Source of the DNA: an uncultured Eubacteriales bacterium
Lineage (GTDB): Bacteria; Bacillota; Clostridia; Peptostreptococcales; JAAYPU01
Reading direction: 5' to 3'
DNA length: 64,000 nucleotides
Assembly (NCBI GenBank): GCA_964429195.1
Contig: CAYSBC010000001.1
Location: 2,150-66,149 of the forward strand
This document shows positions 19,988 through 28,292 of this stretch, piece after piece. Both the position numbers and the translations under genes were made by a program. Below the pieces are notes generated by a model, which ran no database searches, was not told where the DNA came from, and was given only the letters and a program-made list of their open reading frames with translations. How positions within the stretch are numbered: position 1 is the stretch's first letter; each line of letters starts with the position of its first letter.

Positions 19988-21189
19988 CTTCTCACCCCTC
20001 TTACTTTTTCTAACATGCGAGATCCTTTACTTTTTTTAACCAGAATATCCTTTGGTACTATCAGCTCTGTTATCTTTTTCATATCCTCCGATAATCCCTT
20101 AGAGCATTCTTTTATTTCAATGGGGACTTTCAAGTTATAAATGGCTTTATAGATGTAGCCTATATCGATATGAGAAACAGTAATAATCGGACTAAAATCC
20201 AGATATTCTCTTAATTCTTTCATATGGACTTCCTTATGAAACTTATTAACCAGCATAATCAGATGATTCCTCTTGTTCAACGTTTCCTTTAAGGCTTTCA
20301 ACATAGCTTCATTCCGCGCTATTTCCCATGGTAACGGGTCGATAATTAGAAGAAGATGGTCCATTTTATACATCATCTTACTTAAGTCATTGATATCTTT
20401 CACCTTTCCCACATCCATAATATTCACGGAAGAAAAACGACATCGATGGATGAGCTCACTTAAGCTTGTCTCCTCAGTTGACAATCGGCTAATGGATGGA
20501 TGCATTGTCAGCCAAGTTATGTTCTGATCTTGCAGCAGACTTTTATTAAGGTTATTGAATGCATTTTCTTCTAGGAGATCTTCTATAAATAGTACCTCAT
20601 CCACTTTTTTATCATATTCCTCCAGCTTATAAAATAACCCTAATTGTTCGAAAGCATGAGGCGCTTTGAAAGGCATTTCTATATAGGAAACTGTCATGTT
20701 GGATTGTGACAATTCCTTAACTAAATTCAAAGAGATAAATGTGCTCCCCGCTTTTTCCGACAAGCTCACCACGCCTATATTTTTTTGAGGAATATTCTTG
20801 TAAACAGTTTTGATGATTTCAATGTGCCCACTATTTTCTTCCTGGACCTTCATCTCAACAGTATCCCTCCTTGAATTTTGACTATTTTCTTCAATAATTT
20901 CATCAAAATCAATAGGATAGCTCTGTCCCTCTTCATCAACATATTTGAAAACCTTGATGCTCCTGTCTGCACAATATTTTTGTAAATCAAATACACTTTT
21001 CAGGTCCAAAGCATTGAGAACATAATCGTATACAATTAACTCCCGGTATGGAATCATTTCTGACTCTTTGAAATCATCGACAGTAGGGTAATAATGTACC
21101 TTTTCATTTTTTAAAAAGTTACTTTTTATATTTTGATACCTATGTTTTTTGTTGCAAATAATTGCTCTATCCAAATCCTGCCCCACCAT
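19984..21189 (-). CDS. TadZ/CpaE-like protein (N-terminal receiver-like domain plus atypical MinD/ParA domain)
   Basis: 401 aa. The C-terminal half has 'IGVVSLSEKAGSTFISLNLV' (a P-loop-like segment lacking the canonical lysine) and 'LLLIIDPL'. It is the first gene of the operon. No good RBS is visible at the annotated ATG. Confidence 0.45.
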   Translation of the reverse strand: MVGQDLDRAIICNKKHRYQNIKSNFLKNEKVHYYPTVDDFKESEMIPYRELIVYDYVLNALDLKSVFDLQKYCADRSIKVFKYVDEEGQSYPIDFDEIIEENSQNSRRDTVEMKVQEENSGHIEIIKTVYKNIPQKNIGVVSLSEKAGSTFISLNLVKELSQSNMTVSYIEMPFKAPHAFEQLGLFYKLEEYDKKVDEVLFIEDLLEENAFNNLNKSLLQDQNITWLTMHPSISRLSTEETSLSELIHRCRFSSVNIMDVGKVKDINDLSKMMYKMDHLLLIIDPLPWEIARNEAMLKALKETLNKRNHLIMLVNKFHKEVHMKELREYLDFSPIITVSHIDIGYIYKAIYNLKVPIEIKECSKGLSEDMKKITELIVPKDILVKKSKGSRMLEKVRGVRS

Positions 21190-21227
21190 TCGATATTAAT
21201 TACCATTATTTTACATTATTTCTAAAT

Positions 21228-21256
21228 ATTATGCAACCCCCAATTATATTTTGCAA
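21228..21256 (-). promoter_or_regulatory. Putative sigma-A promoter of the Tad-like operon
   Basis: The minus strand reads TTGCAA-17 nt-CATAAT, with -35 at 21251..21256 and -10 at 21228..21233. It is about 40 nt upstream of the first ORF and immediately downstream of the preceding gene's terminator. Confidence 0.45.
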
Positions 21257-21257
21257 C

Positions 21258-21300
21258 AAAAAATAAAAAAGAGCATTCTACTTTGACTTCAGAATGCTCT
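21258..21300 (-). terminator. Rho-independent terminator of the PrcB-like gene
   Basis: AGAGCATTCT (21270..21279) pairs with AGAATGCTCT (21291..21300) across an 11-nt loop. On the minus strand it is followed by TTTTTATTTTTT. Confidence 0.7.
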
Positions 21301-21314
21301 CCCGGGCTAAATTT

Positions 21315-21809
21315 TCAATCGTCATATTGTACCTTTAATTCAATTTTATCCGGCAATCTTTCAAGGTTCGTTTTCGCTACTTCATAAGGGTATGTAATAA
21401 CTTGTGTTACGATATCTCCCGGTTCAGGGTCTGTAAAACTCGTGTAGACAACTAAAGTTTCTGTTTCGTCATCTTCTTTCACAAGCTTCATGTCTACGAT
21501 ATCAATATCATACCCCCCTGTTGGCTTTTCACCTCGGGTTACTATAACATAAACCTCGCTATTGTATGAACAAGCTAGTGCTCTTTCCAGCTGTTTATAC
21601 TGTGGCAATATGTCTCCTGTTATCTCTTCAGGTATTTCATTATCCATCAATACTTGGTATTCCACCGATCCATCACCTTTTATGATAAAATTATAGAGCA
21701 ACAATATAACTATTGCTGCAACCACTATGATGCCTATAATCTTCACTGTCCTTCTCTGTGGCTTCACTATTTTAAAATTAATACGAGGTATTTTCAATAA
21801 TAAACTCAC
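21315..21809 (-). CDS. PrcB C-terminal-domain-like membrane-anchored protein
   Basis: 164 aa with an N-terminal TM helix. 'VIVTRGEKPTGGYDIDIVDM' resembles the PrcB_C signature (G.KPTGGY.I.I). Confidence 0.55.
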   Translation of the reverse strand: MSLLLKIPRINFKIVKPQRRTVKIIGIIVVAAIVILLLYNFIIKGDGSVEYQVLMDNEIPEEITGDILPQYKQLERALACSYNSEVYVIVTRGEKPTGGYDIDIVDMKLVKEDDETETLVVYTSFTDPEPGDIVTQVITYPYEVAKTNLERLPDKIELKVQYDD

Positions 21810-21910
21810 TCCTTTATAGGTTGTTCAACTAATACTATATTCATATTCAGGAGTAAGTTTAATTATTCTATAATTCCAAACTTTAAATTTTAGTCATTGA
21901 AAGGGGGCAT

Positions 21911-22771
21911 TTATTCATCAGTGAATCCTTCGCCCATGACCTCGTGGACAGTAGCCACTCTAACAAAAGCATCTCCATCGATTTGTTTTATAATGGCCTT
22001 CATTTTATGTATTTCATCCCGATTAACAATGCAAAGCAATACACTTTTATCTTCTTTTGTATAAAAACCTTGACCCTTTAGCACAGTAACTCCCCTACCC
22101 AAATTATTGAGCACAGCTTCACCAATCTCATTATATTTGTCAGAAAAAATAATGAATTCTTTTGCATAGCTAAGGCCCTCCAACATTAAATCAGCAATCT
22201 TTGTAACGAGAAAAAGGGTAATGACTGAATAAAGGGCTGTTTCTAAACTCCGATTGACTACCCCAGAAATGACAACAATGATTAAGTCTATTACCATCAT
22301 CATCTTGGGAGTGCTCAATCGAGGTATAAACTTATTGAGGATAGCACCTGCTAAATCAGTTCCGCCTGTAGAACCTCCAACTCTGAATACCAATCCAAGG
22401 CCTATTCCAACAAAAGCACCGCCGTATATGGCTGCAAGCAATACATCCTCCAATAATAAAACATCCATGGAAATAAATTGTGTAAATATACGAATAAAGA
22501 CAGAAAGAGCCAAGGTTGCATACCCTGTCTTAATGCCAAATCTTTTTCCTAACAATATAAGCCCAGCTATAAATAAAGGACCATTAATAACAATATTGGT
22601 AATATCCATGGGAAATCCAGTAGTCTTTTTTATTAAGATAGCAATACCGGTAACGCCTCCCGGGGCGATAGTATAGGGTTCTAAGAAAGCTACCAAGCCT
22701 ATTGCAACAATAGCCGGACCTAAGGTTAACTGAAGATATTCCCATAGCACTACTCTTAATTTTTTTTTCAT
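21911..22771 (-). CDS. YitT-family membrane protein (with DUF2179 C-terminal domain)
   Basis: 286 aa. Five or six TM helices, then a soluble C-terminal domain 'GVTVLKGQGFYTKEDKSVLLCIVNRDEIHKMKAIIKQIDGDAFV'. Confidence 0.85.
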   Translation of the reverse strand: MKKKLRVVLWEYLQLTLGPAIVAIGLVAFLEPYTIAPGGVTGIAILIKKTTGFPMDITNIVINGPLFIAGLILLGKRFGIKTGYATLALSVFIRIFTQFISMDVLLLEDVLLAAIYGGAFVGIGLGLVFRVGGSTGGTDLAGAILNKFIPRLSTPKMMMVIDLIIVVISGVVNRSLETALYSVITLFLVTKIADLMLEGLSYAKEFIIFSDKYNEIGEAVLNNLGRGVTVLKGQGFYTKEDKSVLLCIVNRDEIHKMKAIIKQIDGDAFVRVATVHEVMGEGFTDE

Positions 22772-22837
22772 TTCATCACCATGATTCTATTCTCTTAAAT
22801 AGTATATCCATTGAGTTTAGAGATTATATCTCTTTTT

Positions 22838-23557
22838 CTATCTCTTAAAAATAACATGCATCATAAACAAGGGGAGCTTCGCCATTCTTTTATACCTGCT
22901 AGGCTGCTGAACAAATCGATATAGCCACTCTAGTCCATGATTACAGAAAAATTCAGGTGCTCGTTTAAGTTCTCCTGCCCAAATATCCAGGCTTCCTCCC
23001 ACTCCTATACAAACCTTTGCCTTCAATACTTCTTTGTACTGGGACATCATTTTTTCTTGCTTGGGAGATCCTAATGCAAAGCAAACCAAATCCGCATTGG
23101 AATCATTGATGATATCAATGATTCCTTGCTCCTCATCCTCTTTAAAATACCCATGATGGACACCTGCAATGTGAAGTCCTGGATATTCTTCTTTCATCTT
23201 TTGAGATGCCTTTTCAGCGATACCGGGTTTACCCCCCAGCAAAAACAAAGATTTTTCTTGACCATCCATGTATTGTAAAGCAGCTGATAAAAAATCAATA
23301 CCTGTCACTCTCTCTATTAAAGGCGTTCCCATAATCTTTGAAGCATAGACCAAGCCTATTCCATCGGGAATAACAAGGTCAGCATCATTAATAATGGCCA
23401 TAAGATCCTTATCCTTAACAGCATTCATTACAATCTCCGAATTCGGCGTAATGATAATACTGCATTGATCACCATTCAACTTCTTCTCTAAAAAGTTAAT
23501 GGCATCTTCCAGCGTTACCTTATGAATATTAGTTCCTAATATATTTAACTTCTCCAT
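22838..23557 (-). CDS. tagA: WecB/TagA/CpsF-family glycosyltransferase (UDP-ManNAc transferase-like)
   Basis: 239 aa with 'ITPNSEIVM', 'DADLVIPDGIGLVYASK', 'FALGSPKQE' and 'GLEWLYR' family motifs. Confidence 0.9.
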   Translation of the reverse strand: MEKLNILGTNIHKVTLEDAINFLEKKLNGDQCSIIITPNSEIVMNAVKDKDLMAIINDADLVIPDGIGLVYASKIMGTPLIERVTGIDFLSAALQYMDGQEKSLFLLGGKPGIAEKASQKMKEEYPGLHIAGVHHGYFKEDEEQGIIDIINDSNADLVCFALGSPKQEKMMSQYKEVLKAKVCIGVGGSLDIWAGELKRAPEFFCNHGLEWLYRFVQQPSRYKRMAKLPLFMMHVIFKR

Positions 23558-23567
23558 AAAATATTCC

Positions 23568-24671
23568 TCATTTTTTTTCCTCCAGCAGATCTTTAATCAG
23601 CCTTTGATTCAGCTTAAAATCTTCGACCAATTGGTTGATATTTTTCTTTATCTCCCATTGCATGTGTTCTTTTTCCTTCTGCACTCGTTCAAATTCTTCT
23701 AACAAAAACTCACTTTTCAGGTCATATATAGAACATAAGGCTTTCATATTTAAAGCGTGCATAAAGGAATTGATTTTAGGATCGTATGCTATGGCTATCA
23801 TGGGTATATCCATAATAGCAGCATGAATCAAGGAATGAAGCCTTACTCCTATCAATAAATCCATGTTGCCGATAATGCTCAGCATCTCTTCCGTCAGATG
23901 CTTGTTTTTAATATAAAAACATTTGTCACCTAGGATTCTTTCCATTTTTTCTATAATAGGCATATCCTCATTAAAATGAAATGGAATAAAAACCACCTTG
24001 GCATTATACTTATGGATAATTTCCTTGGTAAAATCTATTATTTCTGTAACAAATTCATCCTTAATCTTAAGACCCCTCAGGGCTATACCGACCTTGACCT
24101 GCTGGCTATCCGGCATTAAACCGGCTTTTATCAAAGATAATCGCCCTGCCTCCAGGCTAACAGGTTTTAAAGAAATAACAGGATCTGCTGTCACATATAT
24201 TTTATTCTTGTCTACTCCTATTTCACATAAAAGCTCCTTGGATTGTACATCCCTTACGACAATATAATGCAATCGATTTAAGACCTTTTTTACCAACTTT
24301 CGATTCCATCTTTGTGTGATTGGACCTATTCCCTGGCTGTATATAAAGACCTTTTTCTTGAATAAAAGGGAAATCCAGATGATGCCAATATAATAAAGGA
24401 TGCTTCTTTTGCTTGTAGAATCTTGAAGCAGGCTTCCTCCCCCACTTATAAGCAAATCGCAAGATTTTATAGCCATGATGATGTTTATAATATTCATTCT
24501 ATCAATAGCTCGTATCCCAAATTTCTCTTGTGTAAGAGCAGGATCCTGAGATAAGACCGTAATATCCACCGATTCAAATTCTTCGCGCAAATTATTAACC
24601 ACCGCCTTAAGAATGGATTCATCACCAATATTGTTAAATCCGTAATACCCGGAAATGACTATTTTATGCAT
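23568..24671 (-). CDS. csaB: Polysaccharide pyruvyl transferase CsaB
   Basis: 367 aa with 'ISGYYGFNNIGDESIL' and 'LISGGGSLLQDSTS' (polysaccharide pyruvyl transferase family). Confidence 0.9.
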   Translation of the reverse strand: MHKIVISGYYGFNNIGDESILKAVVNNLREEFESVDITVLSQDPALTQEKFGIRAIDRMNIINIIMAIKSCDLLISGGGSLLQDSTSKRSILYYIGIIWISLLFKKKVFIYSQGIGPITQRWNRKLVKKVLNRLHYIVVRDVQSKELLCEIGVDKNKIYVTADPVISLKPVSLEAGRLSLIKAGLMPDSQQVKVGIALRGLKIKDEFVTEIIDFTKEIIHKYNAKVVFIPFHFNEDMPIIEKMERILGDKCFYIKNKHLTEEMLSIIGNMDLLIGVRLHSLIHAAIMDIPMIAIAYDPKINSFMHALNMKALCSIYDLKSEFLLEEFERVQKEKEHMQWEIKKNINQLVEDFKLNQRLIKDLLEEKK

Positions 24672-26850
24672 TTTTAGTTTCTCCTATGAATCTCTTGGTT
24701 AATGCGACTATTCCTTCTATTATCAACATACCGATTGCCCCTAGTATTATCCCAAATGCTACAGAAAATCCAGTTCTGTAAAGAGACATATAAAGCGGAG
24801 TCCTTATATGCATAAATGTGTTGACGATAGATGTCTGGCCGATAACTGCTGCCAAAGCAAATACAAACAATAACCATTTATTAAGTTGTCGTGCTGCTAT
24901 ATAAATGACGACCATTAAAGATGGAAATGCAATTAAGAATTCCTTACTTCGTGGCCTGGCAATCAATACTTCTTCAAGAAAATTCCTAAAAATCATTTCT
25001 ATCTCCAGAGGTTCAATACCTGTTTCATGACCGGTTCTGGCCATATAGAAATAGCCTGCTATTCCAACGATGCCTATTAACATAACAATCCAAACCTTGA
25101 TGTTATAACTTAGGACTGCTTTGATGTCGCTAAGTTTTAATTCTTCCGACATCATTTTCTTTTCATCATCCATTCCAATTTTAGCTAAATACAAAATTGC
25201 AAGAATGAGTATGGGTGCTAATTGAGCAATTTTAATACCCCTAAAAAACTCCAATTCCAACAAATAAGTGATATCCGAATTAAGTGCAGCAATTATTAAT
25301 GCACCAAGAAGCGATATAAGAGACGCTATAACTAAAGTTTTTAAAGCAATAATAATTATTTTTCCTATACTCTCCTGTTTGTCTTTTTTTATGAGCTCTT
25401 TACACTTATGAAACAGATAAAGAATGGCCAGGGATGGAAATATAATGGATGCTGCCAAGGAGGAAAGACGATTAGAAAAATTCGGTGCTAGAAAGTAAGC
25501 TCCAATCACTCCTAAACAGGCTAGTCCCAGTAAACCATAATTAAATTTTTCCTTTAATTTTATGATAGCATTTAATAGCAACACGCCTGCTGCCACAGAT
25601 CCAAAGGTCATGATTATTTTTTGCAAAAGCCCTACAGTATAAGGCTCCATGGTTGAAGCTTTCCCTATGGTTATGTGATGCTCATTGATTCTATCCTTTA
25701 AACCATCGAACATTTTTTCATATTCTGCCTTTTCCGTTATGTAAATAAAATCATCATCCTTTTCTTTTATAGGCTTAAAATATATCAGTCTTATGTTTCT
25801 TTCCGTGATGGCTCTGAAAAATGTATTTTCAATCTCTTCAGATCCCTCATAATGATAGTACTGGTACCTTTGTTGAATGTAGGGCCATGTTGTGAATGTC
25901 CGAACTACCTTATAATTTAAACTTTCAACCAAAGCGGTCAAGCCTTCTTGATTGATATGCCCTCTTTGAGTTGTATCCTCGATAATGCCTGTCAATATTC
26001 CATTCTCTTCAATATACTCTTGAATGATATAACTACCGGCGTCCTCCCCTATTATTTCAAGTCCGGAAAATATTAAATAGTTGGGAGTTTGACTTAATTT
26101 TGAATATTCCTCGATAGTCCCTGATTGAAATTTTTCTCCATTCCATCCATCATAGCCTGTTGTTCTCGGCGAAATATTCATTTGACTCGATTCGATCCTA
26201 TCAATTTTTTCCCTATCCAGGCCGAGGCTCAGGGACATGAGTTTAGAAGAGGCATACTTTTGCACCTGAGAAAAGGCCTTACCATAGGTGTCTGACAGTT
26301 TAATGCTTGGCATAAACAAAGTATCTCTCAATGTTCCATCGATGAGAATATAATATGTATTTTCACTTCCCTTGCCGGCATATAAGATTTTCTCTTCAGG
26401 GTACCTTTTCTGAAACCCTTCCATAATGAAATCGTAGATTTCTTTTGAATCACTTGAAACTAATATGTCATTAGGGTCAAACTTGTTATTTTTATTGTGG
26501 ATGGCCTTAATTAATTCTTCAGGTAAACTCTCCTGATAATTCAAATCCTCAGCCACTATTTTCATGATATTTGCTTTTAATGGTTTTCCTTGTTTTATCA
26601 TGCTATCAAGGGATTCTTCTATCAATCCTACATTTCTTATACCTTGATTGTAAAAGAAATCTAGCCATAGAGATACATCTTCACCGGATTGTTCTGCCAA
26701 GAGGTTGATTTCATCATAATCTAACATAATATCAGCACTTGTATTTCCCTTTTCTATGTTATGTCTCCCCATTAAAGTAATAACCGCCACGACTAACCCT
26801 ATTAATATTATTATTGCATATGCTCGTCGGCTTTTTATAAAAGTACCCAT
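24664..26850 (-). CDS. Large polytopic membrane protein (DUF5693-like) co-operonic with csaB and tagA
   Basis: 728 aa. N-terminal TM helix, about 400 aa of extracytoplasmic domain, then about 10 TM helices. Its 3' end overlaps the csaB start by 8 nt. The family assignment is from memory of the conserved csaB neighbourhood. Confidence 0.65.
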   Translation of the reverse strand: MGTFIKSRRAYAIIILIGLVVAVITLMGRHNIEKGNTSADIMLDYDEINLLAEQSGEDVSLWLDFFYNQGIRNVGLIEESLDSMIKQGKPLKANIMKIVAEDLNYQESLPEELIKAIHNKNNKFDPNDILVSSDSKEIYDFIMEGFQKRYPEEKILYAGKGSENTYYILIDGTLRDTLFMPSIKLSDTYGKAFSQVQKYASSKLMSLSLGLDREKIDRIESSQMNISPRTTGYDGWNGEKFQSGTIEEYSKLSQTPNYLIFSGLEIIGEDAGSYIIQEYIEENGILTGIIEDTTQRGHINQEGLTALVESLNYKVVRTFTTWPYIQQRYQYYHYEGSEEIENTFFRAITERNIRLIYFKPIKEKDDDFIYITEKAEYEKMFDGLKDRINEHHITIGKASTMEPYTVGLLQKIIMTFGSVAAGVLLLNAIIKLKEKFNYGLLGLACLGVIGAYFLAPNFSNRLSSLAASIIFPSLAILYLFHKCKELIKKDKQESIGKIIIIALKTLVIASLISLLGALIIAALNSDITYLLELEFFRGIKIAQLAPILILAILYLAKIGMDDEKKMMSEELKLSDIKAVLSYNIKVWIVMLIGIVGIAGYFYMARTGHETGIEPLEIEMIFRNFLEEVLIARPRSKEFLIAFPSLMVVIYIAARQLNKWLLFVFALAAVIGQTSIVNTFMHIRTPLYMSLYRTGFSVAFGIILGAIGMLIIEGIVALTKRFIGETKNA

Positions 26851-26943
26851 CTTTATATGAATCCTCCCCTAGTTTCTAATTTCTATATCTTCTTAAACAA
26901 AGCTCTTTATCTATTTTAAAGTGATTTGTTGACCTAGTAAAGC

Positions 26944-26990
26944 AAAAAACAAAAATATAGTGATAGCTTAAATATAAAAAACTATCACTA
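26944..26990 (-). terminator. Rho-independent terminator of the 164-aa secreted-protein gene
   Basis: TAGTGATAG (26958..26966) pairs with CTATCACTA (26982..26990). On the minus strand it is followed by a T-rich run (plus strand: aaaaaacaaaaata). Confidence 0.55.
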
Positions 26991-26997
26991 CACTTTA

Positions 26998-27492
26998 TTA
27001 CTGAATTTGATAATCTCCCTTTACCATAACCCATATCTGGGATGTTGCGAGTATTCCTCTCCCATCCGATCGGGGTACTATCAAATGATGGTTCTTAAAT
27101 ATGCCTTCCCCACCTTTGAGGTCCTTTCCAAGGGTGAGGTCGGACACCCCATCTACTCCGTTATCGATGGCTAATGCCGTACCGGATCTCAGTATAATTT
27201 CTGTACCTTCTGCCCCTATAAGCTTTTCATCTTTGTTCAAATCTATCACTTTAAAAGCAGTACCCTGATGATTGGGTACGCCCGTGTTTCCATCTGAATT
27301 CTTGTCAAGATTTAAACTGCTTAATCTTTGATCAAGATAGCCTTTTATTTCATTCAATTTATTTTCAACATAACTAACCGTAACAACAGGATCGCCTTCC
27401 GTTCCCGGCACTGGACTATTCGCTAATACGATGATGCTCAACAAGGCTACGCATATGCAGGTAATAACGATAATCTTCCTTCTAATTTTCAT
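26998..27492 (-). CDS. Hypothetical secreted or membrane-anchored protein
   Basis: 164 aa with an N-terminal signal/anchor (MKIRRKIIVITCICVALLSIIVLA). No family recognised. Confidence 0.6.
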   Translation of the reverse strand: MKIRRKIIVITCICVALLSIIVLANSPVPGTEGDPVVTVSYVENKLNEIKGYLDQRLSSLNLDKNSDGNTGVPNHQGTAFKVIDLNKDEKLIGAEGTEIILRSGTALAIDNGVDGVSDLTLGKDLKGGEGIFKNHHLIVPRSDGRGILATSQIWVMVKGDYQIQ

Positions 27493-27512
27493 TTGTAATC
27501 CTCCAAATCCTA

Positions 27513-27872
27513 TTAAAAATCTACAAGACCAAAGCTTACCGATAAAGCCTCATTGACTTTGTTGATTACTTCCTCATCCGCATGACCAATTTTTTCCTTT
27601 AACCTTTGTTTATCGATAGTCCTTATTTGCTCAAGTAAAATAACTGAATCCTTATTTAATCCATGGCCTGCAGCTTCAATCTCCACATGAGTTGGAAGCT
27701 TAGCCTTATTTATCTGTGAAGTAATTGCTGAAACTATTATTGTCGGACTGTACTTGTTTCCTATGTCATTTTGCAAAACCAGTATAGGTCTTAAACCACC
27801 TTGCTCGGAACCTACCACCGGACTTAGATCAGCAAAATAAATATCACCTCTTTTAATTACCAAGTCACTCAC
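27513..27872 (-). CDS. mazF: MazF/PemK-family mRNA interferase (EndoA/NdoA type)
   Basis: 119 aa. '[38 protein letters not shown]' is nearly identical to the conserved N-terminus of Bacillus EndoA. Confidence 0.95.
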   Translation of the reverse strand: MSDLVIKRGDIYFADLSPVVGSEQGGLRPILVLQNDIGNKYSPTIIVSAITSQINKAKLPTHVEIEAAGHGLNKDSVILLEQIRTIDKQRLKEKIGHADEEVINKVNEALSVSFGLVDF

Positions 27873-28140
27873 TCTCCGCTAAAATTTTTTCATATCTCTC
27901 TAAAATCAATCTATCATAATTTATTCCTATTTCAGATATTTCTAAATTAATTTTACCCATTTCCACATATCCTTTTACCATCATATCTCTTATGCGTATC
28001 TTTTTTTTCTCTTTTAAGTATAGTTTCATAGCCTCCCTAATAAATTCGCTTCTATCCTGTTTATCTTCCCTCACAATAACATCCACTTCTTCGAGCAGAT
28101 TGCTGGGTAGATTGATTAATATTTTCTTAATATCAGCCAT
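27865..28140 (-). CDS. mazE: Ribbon-helix-helix (CopG-type) antitoxin, MazE/EndoAI type
   Basis: 91 aa. The RHH N-terminus '[19 protein letters not shown]...RSEFIREAM' is present, and the gene overlaps mazF by 8 nt. Confidence 0.85.
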   Translation of the reverse strand: MADIKKILINLPSNLLEEVDVIVREDKQDRSEFIREAMKLYLKEKKKIRIRDMMVKGYVEMGKINLEISEIGINYDRLILERYEKILAESE

Positions 28141-28184
28141 AAAACTATCCTCCAGAATATACTTTCTCTATTATCAGCTCGCTC

Positions 28185-28201
28185 AATTTGCTATGCAAAT
28201 T
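28185..28201. promoter_or_regulatory. Perfect palindrome AATTTGC-TAT-GCAAATT in the mazEF leader (candidate autoregulatory operator)
   Basis: Two 7-bp arms with a 3-bp spacer. It lies between the predicted -10 (28229..28234) and the mazE ATG (28140). Confidence 0.35.
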
Positions 28202-28228
28202 ACTGCGTAACTTAATAGATATATTAAC

Positions 28229-28258
28229 ATTATATACATTTGCCTTCAATAGTGTCAA
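28229..28258 (-). promoter_or_regulatory. Near-consensus sigma-A promoter of mazEF
   Basis: The minus strand reads TTGACA-18 nt-TATAAT. Confidence 0.6.
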
Positions 28259-28292
28259 TAAAGGATGATTTTCCTACTTCATCCAATACGCA

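Noticed and set aside
22822-22837. A hairpin AGAGAT-tat-ATCTCT followed by TTTTT, between tagA and the yitT-family gene.
   Set aside because: The T-run follows the stem only on the plus strand, but both flanking genes are transcribed on the minus strand. It is unlikely to act as a terminator here.
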